A stretch of 45,293 nucleotides of DNA from a virus. Under the pieces are notes generated by a model, which worked only from the letters and a program-made list of their open reading frames with translations, was not told where the DNA came from and ran no database searches. A program made the translations under genes and the position numbers. Positions 16,001-25,443 of the stretch are shown here, piece by piece. How positions within the stretch are numbered: position 1 is the first letter of the stretch; the number at the start of each line of letters is the position of its first letter. The stretch lies in IMG/VR virus record IMGVR_UViG_3300045988_084795; one strand, given 5' to 3'.

Positions 16001-17362
16001 TCTTGCTACCATTTCCCCAGTGATCGTGAATCCATAAGGATATGTCTTACCGCCATCTATAGAAAATCCAATAACCTCTGCTGTCAATTTGATAACATTC
16101 TTTGATTCTTTCATTGTTGGTTTATCATGGAGATAATATATAGTTGAACCATCCAATAGCACTTCCTGTGTTGAATACATTCCGTTACTATTTTTTAATG
16201 CTTCTTGCATCTTATCTACAGCATTTTGACGGTTATTTCTTTCCTGCTCAACTAACTGTTTCCCTTGTATGATCGCTTTTTGATTACTTGATGTGTAGTT
16301 GCTCTGGTTACGCAATGGAGATTCTGCACTATTCTTTAATGTTGTATATCCGAAGAATACAAAGTTTACATCTGTTAATACAGAATAGAAGCTATTTTCT
16401 CTCCAATCTGTAACTTTAATCTTATCCATAAACTCTGCTATTGGATAAGATATATAGTCCATCGTAAAAGCTCTAAAAGTCACATTTCCAAACTTTTCAT
16501 AAATCCACGAAATAAGTGTCTCTTCATGCCCTGTTACAAGTGGATTCTCTACAGATAAAACATAACCATCTTTACCAACTTGTACCGTTTTTTCTGTGTC
16601 ACTTGTATTGCCATCATCATCGGTTGTAGTAACCTTTCGTGTCATTCGTACGCCTGTTACCTGCACATCGTTCGTATCACTTGTCAGTTTATTGTAATCA
16701 ACCAATTTATGAATATCCTCACTATCATAATCAAAATCATAGGTCATTATCTGTAATCGCCCTGTGCGGTCAATTCTTGCATTTCCGCAGGCAATCATTG
16801 CAATAAATCCTATAATTTGTCGGTGTGTATACTCACTAGATGGCATGGTTGGTATCTGGAAGTCATTATGTAAAAAGTTACTATTTCCAATCAAGATACC
16901 GCAGGTATCACAACTATCAATTAGCACACTCTTTGCTGTCGCAGGGAATGTCAATGTTGTGCTGTATGTCTTATCTGCTTTATACATATCATCGTATCCA
17001 ACAATCGTTACAACACTTCCGTAGGTTTCTGGTTGAGTGACGGTAAATATACCGTATTCAATTTTTTCTATCGTTGATGATAATTCAAACGTCAGATATA
17101 GTCTGATTTTTGCTCCAAAGAAATCATAATCAGATAAGTGTTCATCGTCATTCATGATTTCTAACTGTACATTACGGCTGAGTGCAACACCTAAAGGAAT
17201 GGTGTTAGCACCTGCCGAATCAACAAGACTATTGTTATCTATTGAAAAATCATCTTCTCCTAATGGCAGTACAGTTCCATTCGCAAGCGTTACTTCTGCA
17301 TTGCATTTAAAATCTTGTCGTTCTGTCATTAGCTGTTTAAATTCATCACTTACATTTATCAT
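12995..17362 (-). CDS. Tail tip / tail-associated protein (prophage tail endopeptidase-type N-terminus) with collagen-like G-X-Y tracts and a C-terminal fibre domain
   Basis: 1455 aa, located directly after the TMP and Dit-position genes. Three G-X-Y blocks (e.g. [43 protein letters not shown]). The module ..Y(F/L)HIKYS...YIGT...DP..Y(T)WAR is duplicated. Confidence 0.85.
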   Translation of the reverse strand: [1455 protein letters not shown]

Positions 17363-17739
17363 ATCGGGTTAACCCCCTGCATATTGAAAGATATACTTGA
17401 TACTTTTTCATGGTTATTTTTAAGTGTTTTTATCTTAATGTCCGATACCTGTCCGACATAAAACTTTGCTGTTCTCCACTCTCCGTAAAATACAGAAAAA
17501 TAATGTAAATCAAAAGATTTACCACGTGCCACCATTTCTAATATTTCCGTAACCTTAGACATTGGCACATCCGATGCACTGTATGTAAATCGCTCTACTG
17601 TGAACATCGGGGTAAACTTTCCTTTACCAGACTGTGCCCTTGTGCTACCTTGCGTATAGGTAGTTTCAAATGCTACAGCTGTGTCTGAATCTGGTTGCCA
17701 GACTTTTTTATTATTGATTTTTATATAATCCTGTGCCAT
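17359..17739 (-). CDS. Small tail protein in the distal-tail-protein position
   Basis: Gene order only (between the TMP and the tail tip protein). At 126 aa it is shorter than a typical Dit. Confidence 0.5.
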   Translation of the reverse strand: MAQDYIKINNKKVWQPDSDTAVAFETTYTQGSTRAQSGKGKFTPMFTVERFTYSASDVPMSKVTEILEMVARGKSFDLHYFSVFYGEWRTAKFYVGQVSDIKIKTLKNNHEKVSSISFNMQGVNPI

Positions 17740-17752
17740 TTTTTACTCCTTT

Positions 17753-20700
17753 CTACGCAAGGCTGAATGGATTTCTACCATTACTCATTTGTCTTAGTTT
17801 TGCTTCTTCGATAAATTCATCAAACAACGTCCTGCGGTTAATCTGTGCTGTGAAGTGATAATCTCCACCGTTGTTACCGCTGTTGTCTGATTCTAAGGAC
17901 TTCATAACAGATAATAGCTGTTCTAGTAGATTAAGTACGTCATTGTTATTGCTATCTGTACTGTGTTGCTTTTGTGCGATCACTGCGGATGCTTTCGCAG
18001 GTATTACCGCTCCACTTGCTACATATGGTGCTGTAAATGGTACATTTGCCAACTGTTTAGATTGGTCTAATAATGTATCAATCGTATCTGGGAAAGCTTT
18101 TTCAAGACCTACTGTGATACCTGCAGGTATCATCTTACCTACCGTATCTCTCATAAGTCTTGATGGAGAATGGATTCCAAAGAAATCTTTTACTGCGTTC
18201 CATGCTTCTTTTGCAAGGTCCATCATTTTATTTACAAGTCTGTATGCATTGTTTCCAACACCTTGAACAATTCCCTTTACAACATTTAGTCCAACGCTTC
18301 CCCAGTTCATTTCTGAGAAAACTGTTTTCATCTTTCTGATAGCTTCTTTCACTGGACTGTCAGAGTTTCCTGCCATCAAACTTTTTAGCTTTTTCAGCCC
18401 GCCAACCATCTTGTCTCTTACATTTTCGACTTTATCAACAACGCCTTGCTTCTTCTCTTCAAATGTGTTCTTGACATTTTTCATGGCATCGCTTGCATGC
18501 GTGCCAAAGTTAGATATAACTCCTTTGAATCCGTCAGACACACTATTTTTCACTGCTTCCGCTTTCGCTTTAACAGTTGATAAATTCTGACCACTTAGAT
18601 TATCTCTAATTTTTGACATTGCGTCATTTCCAAACTGTCTAAACTTTTCAACGACACCGCTTACATTATCTTCAATCCCATACCTTAATGTACTTGCTGT
18701 TGATTTAACAGTTTCAATACCGCCAGAAATCTTTTCTTGCAGTCCGTTGACAATTCCTTGTCCCCATGTTTGAGCATTTTCTGGTAATTTTTCTATTCTT
18801 TCTTTGATGCCATCTCTTAAATCTCCTGCTTTTTCTTTCACAGATTCCCAACCTTTTTTGATTGTTTCTCCTGCTTTTCCTATGCCGGATGCAACGGTAT
18901 CAAATCCACTCTTTAATTTTTCCCATGCACCTTTGGCAAATTCTGCAACCTTTCCTGCGACTGCTTTGACCTTATCCCAGTTTAATACGATAAGTGCAAC
19001 TCCTGCGACTATCGCAGCAACAATAACTCCTGCCGGAAAAGTGAAAAGTGCAGCTAAGCCACTTAATGCTGTTCCTATCATAGATACAAATGAACCAATC
19101 GCAGGTATTAACGTTGTTGCAAGTATTCCCTCTGCACCAAATATAGCTACTAATCCTGTCGAAAGGCCACTTGCGATTGTTCCAATAATTCCACCGCCAC
19201 CAGATTTTCCAAGTGCTAATATGATATTCGCTAATAAGCTTTTTCCAGTAAGCATTTTAGAAAAGCTTCCTGCCAAATTGATTGCTCCAATCGCTGTACC
19301 AAGTGCTAACGCTAATTTTCCTGCTGTTGTACTTGATAAACCAGAAATCAAACCGCCAAGAACATTTTTTATAATTGTGAATACTTGACTAAAGATTGTA
19401 CCCCAGTCAATATTGTTTAGGAATGTTCCAATTCCTCTTCCAAGTCCATTCCAATCGGTGTTTTGTGCAACACTAGCAAACACACCTAACAGACTTGTCA
19501 CTGCATCACTTAACGTCTGCCCTGCCGTTGCCCAATCAATTCCTTGAATCATAGCATTAAGACCATTAGTGATGTTCTTTGCAATTCCAGACCAATCCAC
19601 TGTCTTTACAAACGCTCCTAACGTTGCAAATGCTCCGTTGATTCCTTTTACTAACGTATCGGCAATTGTTGTGAAATTAACTTTATCAAAGATTCCATTA
19701 ACAAGATTTCCTAGAGATATTCCAAGTTCTTCCCAACCAGTCAACCCAAGATTTCTTTTTCTTGACATATCAGAAACAAATCCGTTAAAGATATTCCATG
19801 CAATCATAAATTTGTTCCCAAACAGATTTCCTAAGTTGGTCCAATTTACCTCGTTAACTAATCCGCGGAATCCTACTGAAAATTTAGTTCCGAGATTTTT
19901 CCAGTCGATACCCTCAATTAAAAGATTCATTGTATTGACAAGTGTATTAATACCTGCACCTATAGTTCGTCCGAGCAAATCCCAGTCAATGTGATCTACA
20001 AGACTATTGAACGTCCGTGTAAATGCATTTACAAAATAAGTTATCTTTGGACCTACATTATTCCAATTGATAGCATCATAGATTTTTTGCAATCCTTTAT
20101 TGATACCGCTTGCGATATATGCTCCAAGTCCTTCCCAATCTTCGTCCTTAATCAACTTTCGGATTTTATCTGCTATTCCTTTGATAGAACTAGCAATTGG
20201 TACTTCTTGGAACATATCCGATGGACTAAGTCCACCACCGCCACCACCTACGCCACCGCCACCGCCGGTACCAGGTGTTGTGTCGGAATCATCTTTGTTC
20301 TTTTTCTGGAACTGTCTGATTTCATCAAGACCAGATAGATATGTCTGGTTCTCTTTGTTTGCTTTCTTTGTGGCATTGGCGTTTTTCTTGCTTGCTTTCG
20401 CTGCATCATTCGATGCCGATGCCGTACTTCCTAAAGATGCAGCATAGTCTTGTTGCACCCCTACAGCTTTTGTAAATGTCTTTTGCCCTGTCAGTGCTGC
20501 AATAAACATTCCTACATAGGTTAATGCCTTTGATATTAAGTTAATCAACGTAACTAATGCAGGAGCTATCGCTGTAAGAATCGGACTAAACGCCGTTGCA
20601 AAACTGTTTTTTAATCGTGTCAGTGCCGACATCAAAGATGATAGTGCTGCATTTGTGCGATTGGAATACTGTGCTAGATTCTGCATACCGCTTGCTACCG

Positions 20701-22036
20701 CAGCATTGACTTTACCAATCATTCCAAACACGGTCGAATATAAGATACTCATACCAACCATTCGACCAATCGAAAAACGTGCATTATCAGCACTTTGTGA
20801 TGTATTAAGGAAGCTTGTTACAAGACTTCCAATTCTCTTTCCAACACTAAGAGCGGATGAACCAACTTTTTTTAATACATTTCCAAGCTTGCTAATACCA
20901 CTTGATAAAAGTGTTGCAAGTATTCTTGTTTTGCTTAATTTTCCGTTTGTTTCCGCTACTTTGCTTCCGATATTGGTGTAAGATGAACCAAGTTTTCCAT
21001 TTGTTCCAACAAGGCTTCTTTCTTTTGCATCAGTCTTAGATATTTCCTTATTTAATGCATTTAAGGCTTTCTCGCTTTCTTCTGATGCTGTCTTTGCGTA
21101 GTTCCCTGTAATCGGTGCGGTACGTACTTTTTCTGTTGGTTGTGCGGTTGTTGTTCCGCTGTCTAGCTGTTTTTTCTTCGCTAGTAATTCGTCATATTGT
21201 CTGCCGAGCTTTTCCGCAGCACTCTCCAATGCTAAAAATGCATGGGAAGAAGTTGCATTCTGATTTCTTGCAAAGATTTCTTGCTGTGCTGTTGCTACCT
21301 GTTCAAATTGTGTATCAAGACGTTGCAAGGAATCTTCAAGAATCTGATATGCTGTTGTCTTGATATTTGAATTGCTGATTTCATCCTGCAATTGTGTTGT
21401 TTGTCCTAAATTGGTGTTTAAGGATTCAACACTCGTTTCTGTACCTGTGATTTCTGCATTTAATTTTTGTAATGCTTTTGCACTCTCTTCGCTTGCAAGA
21501 CCTGTTCCACCAGTAAGCTTTGCACTTTTAGGTAGACCACTGTCTGTACTCGCTGTCGGTGCTTCTAACTGCTTTTTCTTTGCAAGAAGTTCTTCGTATT
21601 GCTGATCTAGTTTAGCCGCTGCACTTTCCATTGCTTGAAACGCAGAAGAAGAAGTCACACTTTGATTTCTGTTAAATACATCCATCTGTGCTTTTTCCAA
21701 CTCTGCAAGCTTCTGTCCTGTGGTTTCTATTGCTTTATCTAACGTATCAAGTGCAGTCGTCTTAATGTCGATGTTATCAAGCTTCTTTTCTGCCTGTGCG
21801 GTCTTTTCCAGTTCCTTAGCCACGGTCTTTGCTTTTTCTTCGACAACGTCCATGCCTTTTGTATCTGGTGCTTTTATACCGCCACTCATGGCTTTTTCCA
21901 TTGATTTCCCAATGGTTTTCACTTGATTTGATAAACGTTTTAAAAGGGATGCAATTTCTTTCACACTTGCTTTTGCTTCGGTCGTATCAATTTCTGTTTT
22001 GATATAAATACTTCCATCCGCTTTTTGTGTAGCCAT
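17753..22036 (-). CDS. Tape measure protein
   Basis: 1427 aa. Coiled-coil N-terminus, a central hydrophobic/Gly-rich region, and a position after the two chaperone genes. Confidence 0.9.
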   Translation of the reverse strand: MATQKADGSIYIKTEIDTTEAKASVKEIASLLKRLSNQVKTIGKSMEKAMSGGIKAPDTKGMDVVEEKAKTVAKELEKTAQAEKKLDNIDIKTTALDTLDKAIETTGQKLAELEKAQMDVFNRNQSVTSSSAFQAMESAAAKLDQQYEELLAKKKQLEAPTASTDSGLPKSAKLTGGTGLASEESAKALQKLNAEITGTETSVESLNTNLGQTTQLQDEISNSNIKTTAYQILEDSLQRLDTQFEQVATAQQEIFARNQNATSSHAFLALESAAEKLGRQYDELLAKKKQLDSGTTTAQPTEKVRTAPITGNYAKTASEESEKALNALNKEISKTDAKERSLVGTNGKLGSSYTNIGSKVAETNGKLSKTRILATLLSSGISKLGNVLKKVGSSALSVGKRIGSLVTSFLNTSQSADNARFSIGRMVGMSILYSTVFGMIGKVNAAVASGMQNLAQYSNRTNAALSSLMSALTRLKNSFATAFSPILTAIAPALVTLINLISKALTYVGMFIAALTGQKTFTKAVGVQQDYAASLGSTASASNDAAKASKKNANATKKANKENQTYLSGLDEIRQFQKKNKDDSDTTPGTGGGGGVGGGGGGLSPSDMFQEVPIASSIKGIADKIRKLIKDEDWEGLGAYIASGINKGLQKIYDAINWNNVGPKITYFVNAFTRTFNSLVDHIDWDLLGRTIGAGINTLVNTMNLLIEGIDWKNLGTKFSVGFRGLVNEVNWTNLGNLFGNKFMIAWNIFNGFVSDMSRKRNLGLTGWEELGISLGNLVNGIFDKVNFTTIADTLVKGINGAFATLGAFVKTVDWSGIAKNITNGLNAMIQGIDWATAGQTLSDAVTSLLGVFASVAQNTDWNGLGRGIGTFLNNIDWGTIFSQVFTIIKNVLGGLISGLSSTTAGKLALALGTAIGAINLAGSFSKMLTGKSLLANIILALGKSGGGGIIGTIASGLSTGLVAIFGAEGILATTLIPAIGSFVSMIGTALSGLAALFTFPAGVIVAAIVAGVALIVLNWDKVKAVAGKVAEFAKGAWEKLKSGFDTVASGIGKAGETIKKGWESVKEKAGDLRDGIKERIEKLPENAQTWGQGIVNGLQEKISGGIETVKSTASTLRYGIEDNVSGVVEKFRQFGNDAMSKIRDNLSGQNLSTVKAKAEAVKNSVSDGFKGVISNFGTHASDAMKNVKNTFEEKKQGVVDKVENVRDKMVGGLKKLKSLMAGNSDSPVKEAIRKMKTVFSEMNWGSVGLNVVKGIVQGVGNNAYRLVNKMMDLAKEAWNAVKDFFGIHSPSRLMRDTVGKMIPAGITVGLEKAFPDTIDTLLDQSKQLANVPFTAPYVASGAVIPAKASAVIAQKQHSTDSNNNDVLNLLEQLLSVMKSLESDNSGNNGGDYHFTAQINRRTLFDEFIEEAKLRQMSNGRNPFSLA

Positions 22037-22040
22037 TCAA

Positions 22041-22613
22041 TCACGCCCCTTTCCCATTCAGTAAATCGTTCAAACGTTTCTGTTCTTCTAATTCCTCTTC
22101 GGAATATTTAACATCTAGGTCAATAAGCGTTTTATTTTCTTTGTAGAACTCTCTTTCCCAGTCTTCCAGTTTCTTTCTTTTGGCTTTCTTCATGCGAACA
22201 CTAAGAATCTGCGAAAACAAAGACTCTCCAATTTCCATGTAAGCTCCTAAAAAAGTCCACCAATGTAAATACTGCATAGCTCGTATTTCTTTTCCAAGTA
22301 CACGGTTAACAGATGGGATGATAACTGGTGCATCATGTTCCCAATCCATCACATGAGGTTGTTTCTTCCCATCATCTTTAATACCCATGTCAATAAATTT
22401 GATGGCTTTTTCAATAGCTTCTTCATAGTCTTGTGGTGGCATATTTCCAAAATCAACGTATAAAATGGTAAGGCAAACAATCCACTTTTCATCGTTCTCA
22501 AAGTCTGGGTCATTAAATGTTTTTAAAATGTCCAGAACTGCACGAAAATCTGTGCGTATTTCATAATCTATGCCACCAACTACTATGGATGTAGGAAGTT
22601 CCCAAACTTCCAT
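22041..22613 (-). CDS. Gp15-like tail assembly protein
   Basis: Immediately upstream of the TMP. The N-terminus (LPTSIVVGGIDYEIRTDFRAVLDIL) resembles the phage Gp15 family. Confidence 0.55.
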   Translation of the reverse strand: MEVWELPTSIVVGGIDYEIRTDFRAVLDILKTFNDPDFENDEKWIVCLTILYVDFGNMPPQDYEEAIEKAIKFIDMGIKDDGKKQPHVMDWEHDAPVIIPSVNRVLGKEIRAMQYLHWWTFLGAYMEIGESLFSQILSVRMKKAKRKKLEDWEREFYKENKTLIDLDVKYSEEELEEQKRLNDLLNGKGA

Positions 22614-23035
22614 TATTTGTTATATTTAGACGTTGCCCTTTTAATTTTCGCCTGTTTCTTCTTAATTCTCTGGTCTGTTACCTGCTCAATAATATCTGCG
22701 ATCTCCACGATGATGTTCTCGATGAAGAAATCTCCGCTTTCTGTAAGAGTTAGTGGATTGCAAATAGCAAATACAGACTTAGAAGCTTTAGAGTTAAGCA
22801 AGTAATCAATCTGCCCCTCTAATTTGTCAGACAGTTCTAAGATATCCTGCTCTGTAGCATCCTCTGGAAGTTCCATCTTTTCCAAATTAGCAACAACTTC
22901 TTCGTATCTTCTTACGATATTTAAATCAACTGGGTTGAATGGGAATCTTCCGATTTCCTCATCATCTTCGTTTGTTAAAATTACATTTAATGCCCCAGTT
23001 TTGACTTTTCGTCTAAGTTCTTCCATATCCTGCAC
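22613..23035 (-). CDS. Tail assembly chaperone
   Basis: Acidic 140-aa protein between the major tail protein and the Gp15-like/TMP genes. Confidence 0.55.
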   Translation of the reverse strand: MQDMEELRRKVKTGALNVILTNEDDEEIGRFPFNPVDLNIVRRYEEVVANLEKMELPEDATEQDILELSDKLEGQIDYLLNSKASKSVFAICNPLTLTESGDFFIENIIVEIADIIEQVTDQRIKKKQAKIKRATSKYNK

Positions 23036-23041
23036 TCCTTG

Positions 23042-23581
23042 TTATGATAAAACTGCTTTGCTGTTGTCTTTTAAGTCCTGTGTAGCACTTTCTGAAAATG
23101 TTCCGGATGTTACGTTGTAAGTACCTTTTCTGCGGTTTCCTGCGTAGTTAACTGTAAATGGAATCTGGTAACCACTTGTGTCTCCACCGTAGGATGTTGG
23201 AACAATATAACAATCTTCTGCGTATGCTTCATAAGCTCCGCTTGATGCTTCTTTCCATAGGTGTACTTCTACTGCGGTAGTTTTCAGATTATCGTCTTTG
23301 TAACGATTATCAATGATCTCCTGCAACTTCTGGCTTAATGTGCTGTCAGCTTCTGCATAATAAGGGTCGGCTTCTGAAGAAACCTCATATCCGTTGTGTT
23401 TGAATGTAGATTCTCCGATAATATTTTTACTTGTTTCTGTATCTGGATTAAGTTCGACATTGTACTCTTCTAAGTCTTTTCCAAGACGTTCATAGGATGG
23501 TGTTTTACCACCGCACAAAGAGCCTGCATCTAAGAAATGAGCCATATACTTACGGTCAATTTTACCTGTTGTAACTGCCAT
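23042..23581 (-). CDS. Major tail protein
   Basis: Gene order (before the chaperones and TMP), size of 179 aa, and a strong RBS. Confidence 0.7.
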   Translation of the reverse strand: MAVTTGKIDRKYMAHFLDAGSLCGGKTPSYERLGKDLEEYNVELNPDTETSKNIIGESTFKHNGYEVSSEADPYYAEADSTLSQKLQEIIDNRYKDDNLKTTAVEVHLWKEASSGAYEAYAEDCYIVPTSYGGDTSGYQIPFTVNYAGNRRKGTYNVTSGTFSESATQDLKDNSKAVLS

Positions 23582-23648
23582 TATGATTCTCCTTTATCTT
23601 TTCAAGGTCAGTGATCTACATCCTGTCGTAGACCAGTTAATAGTTAAT

Positions 23649-24155
23649 TTATCTATCAAAGTCGTTTTGATATCGGGCAGAAATATTGATAGCCCAATTC
23701 TCAGACTTGTTTTCGTTTATACTGTCCAAATATGCAGGTGTCTGTCTGTCAATCGTTAAAAACTTTCGATTGCCTGTCAACACTGGATATTCTTCTAGTT
23801 TATATGTGTTGTTTTTAATTGTGATTGTTTGCTTTTCCAACCATTTACCAAGGTTATCCAACCACTCTTTCGTGTCTGCCTTACGTTTTGCATTAGCACC
23901 GCTTATACGGTAGATCACACAAAATGGATACAAACAAACCTGTGTGACGTGACCAGTGATACTTTCTTTCTCACTCTCGATCACTGCCCCATTCACAGGG
24001 AACATTGCCTTGCCGCCTGCATCATCCAATATTGAAAAAGTGATCTCTTCTCCCTCTCGAATGTTCGGATACTGATTTATCAAGTCAGTTAGAGCTGTTG
24101 TTAGTACGTCAAAGCCGTCAAGATCGTATTTGACTACCTTTTGTTCTTCTGCCAT
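23649..24155 (-). CDS. Head-tail joining / tail terminator-position protein ('minor capsid protein' family)
   Basis: Gene order. The start is coupled to the upstream stop. Confidence 0.5.
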   Translation of the reverse strand: MAEEQKVVKYDLDGFDVLTTALTDLINQYPNIREGEEITFSILDDAGGKAMFPVNGAVIESEKESITGHVTQVCLYPFCVIYRISGANAKRKADTKEWLDNLGKWLEKQTITIKNNTYKLEEYPVLTGNRKFLTIDRQTPAYLDSINENKSENWAINISARYQNDFDR

Positions 24156-24622
24156 TAACTTCCTCCTGCCTGCTTTTTAACATGAGTAATCCATGCTTTA
24201 CCGTGATTCTTCTTTGCTGTTTCAAACCATTTTGGAGTTGCTTTTGGATTCTGGTAGCTTAAGTCAACTTTTGCGTTGGTATGCCCTGCAAATTCGGTAA
24301 CTAATACTTTCTTAGCACCTTTTCTCGCCCATGGAGACCCTGTTAATTCGTCAACCATACCTTTACCATAGTACAAGAAACGTCCCATCGGTCCAGTACC
24401 TGCACATACCATTCCAGTACCTGCAAGTGAAGCACTTTTTGCCCTTGTCACATTTATAAACGTACCTGTTTCGTGTGGCATATAAGGGACCATATCGGTC
24501 ATAACTTGACTATCTAGCCAAAATTGAGCACTTTGTATTTGTTCATCGAATCTCGCCAGACTGATATTAGCTCTCATGTTCTGTGTATTCACATTAACAT
24601 TTCCTAATTTCTTCTTAGCCAT
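24155..24622 (-). CDS. Head-tail joining protein ('minor capsid protein 2'-like)
   Basis: FWLDSQVMTDMVPYMPHETGTF resembles the Minor_capsid_2 pattern. Gene order supports it. Confidence 0.55.
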   Translation of the reverse strand: MAKKKLGNVNVNTQNMRANISLARFDEQIQSAQFWLDSQVMTDMVPYMPHETGTFINVTRAKSASLAGTGMVCAGTGPMGRFLYYGKGMVDELTGSPWARKGAKKVLVTEFAGHTNAKVDLSYQNPKATPKWFETAKKNHGKAWITHVKKQAGGS

Positions 24623-24632
24623 ATATAACCAC

Positions 24633-25085
24633 CTACTTAGCCATTACCTCAAAGTGCGGGATTATGTCGTAAAAGGCACTTCCAGTTATTGCAAAGACAT
24701 AATCATACTTAAGTTTCGTTTCTTCATAGAATCCGTCAATATAATCATCCTCTGCAATCGGTTCTTCATTCTCCCATTCGCCAACGATAAAGAAATCAAA
24801 ACTATTCGCCTTAGAACTAAACGTAAGTGTCTGTGACAGCTTATCATTCGTCTGTTTAAGCCATTCTTTAGGAGGTAGCCATAATTTACTCCCTACCATC
24901 TTTTGACCGCTTTTTAGGCTATACTGCACGTTTAATACAGCATTGTCCTGTGAGTCAGAACCGTACTTTGCAACGATGCTTGCTTTATCCATGTTTAGGT
25001 TCGTATTATGCAAAATAGAGGGATACCATGTATCTCCCAATTTACTTTCGTACCTATTAAAAAGTGTGATTGTATCGTTATACAT
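24633..25085 (-). CDS. Head-tail joining protein ('minor capsid protein 1'-like)
   Basis: Start chosen at the ATG at 25085, which has RBS GGAGGGA. Gene order supports it. Confidence 0.5.
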   Translation of the reverse strand: MYNDTITLFNRYESKLGDTWYPSILHNTNLNMDKASIVAKYGSDSQDNAVLNVQYSLKSGQKMVGSKLWLPPKEWLKQTNDKLSQTLTFSSKANSFDFFIVGEWENEEPIAEDDYIDGFYEETKLKYDYVFAITGSAFYDIIPHFEVMAK

Positions 25086-25098
25086 CGTATCCCTCCGT

Positions 25099-25443
25099 TT
25101 ATAATGCACCTGCTCTTTTAAAAGCTTTAAAAATCTTTTTAGACTGTAAAGCAAACCAGTCAATCATCTCTTCGTTTTTTGCCCAACAATCTGTGTTGCA
25201 GGACTGTCCATCTAAACCGCTTTCATATAAGAAAGCGTGCATAATCTCATGCCTAAGCACACTTTTTTGAACCGATTCAATGTTATTCACAGAATCAACA
25301 CTTTTTTCAAAAATTGCAACGACTATTGTTTTATTTGAATAATCGCAATAACCAGACAATTCTTGTAGTTTTTCATCTTCATTCTCATGTCTGAATCTGA
25401 TTTTATATATAGTTCCTAAAACATTTACTTTACAATCTTTCAT
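25099..25443 (-). CDS. Small HExxH zinc-metallopeptidase-like protein inserted in the head-tail joining block
   Basis: The VLRHEIMHAFLYESG motif, in a 114-aa protein. Confidence 0.55.
   Translation of the reverse strand: MKDCKVNVLGTIYKIRFRHENEDEKLQELSGYCDYSNKTIVVAIFEKSVDSVNNIESVQKSVLRHEIMHAFLYESGLDGQSCNTDCWAKNEEMIDWFALQSKKIFKAFKRAGAL

Noticed and set aside
12248-17362. Looked for a diversity-generating retroelement (template/variable repeat pair plus reverse transcriptase) around the tail fibre genes.
   Set aside because: No reverse-transcriptase-like ORF exists anywhere in the window, and no roughly 100-bp near-repeat with A-specific mismatches was seen. The repeats present are short recombination-type sites instead.
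22041-23035. Expected a -1 programmed frameshift between the two tail chaperone ORFs (G/GT type).
   Set aside because: The second ORF has its own ATG overlapping the first stop (TAATG), and I saw no slippery heptamer near the end of the first ORF. I treat them as two separate genes, though a frameshift cannot be excluded without closer analysis.
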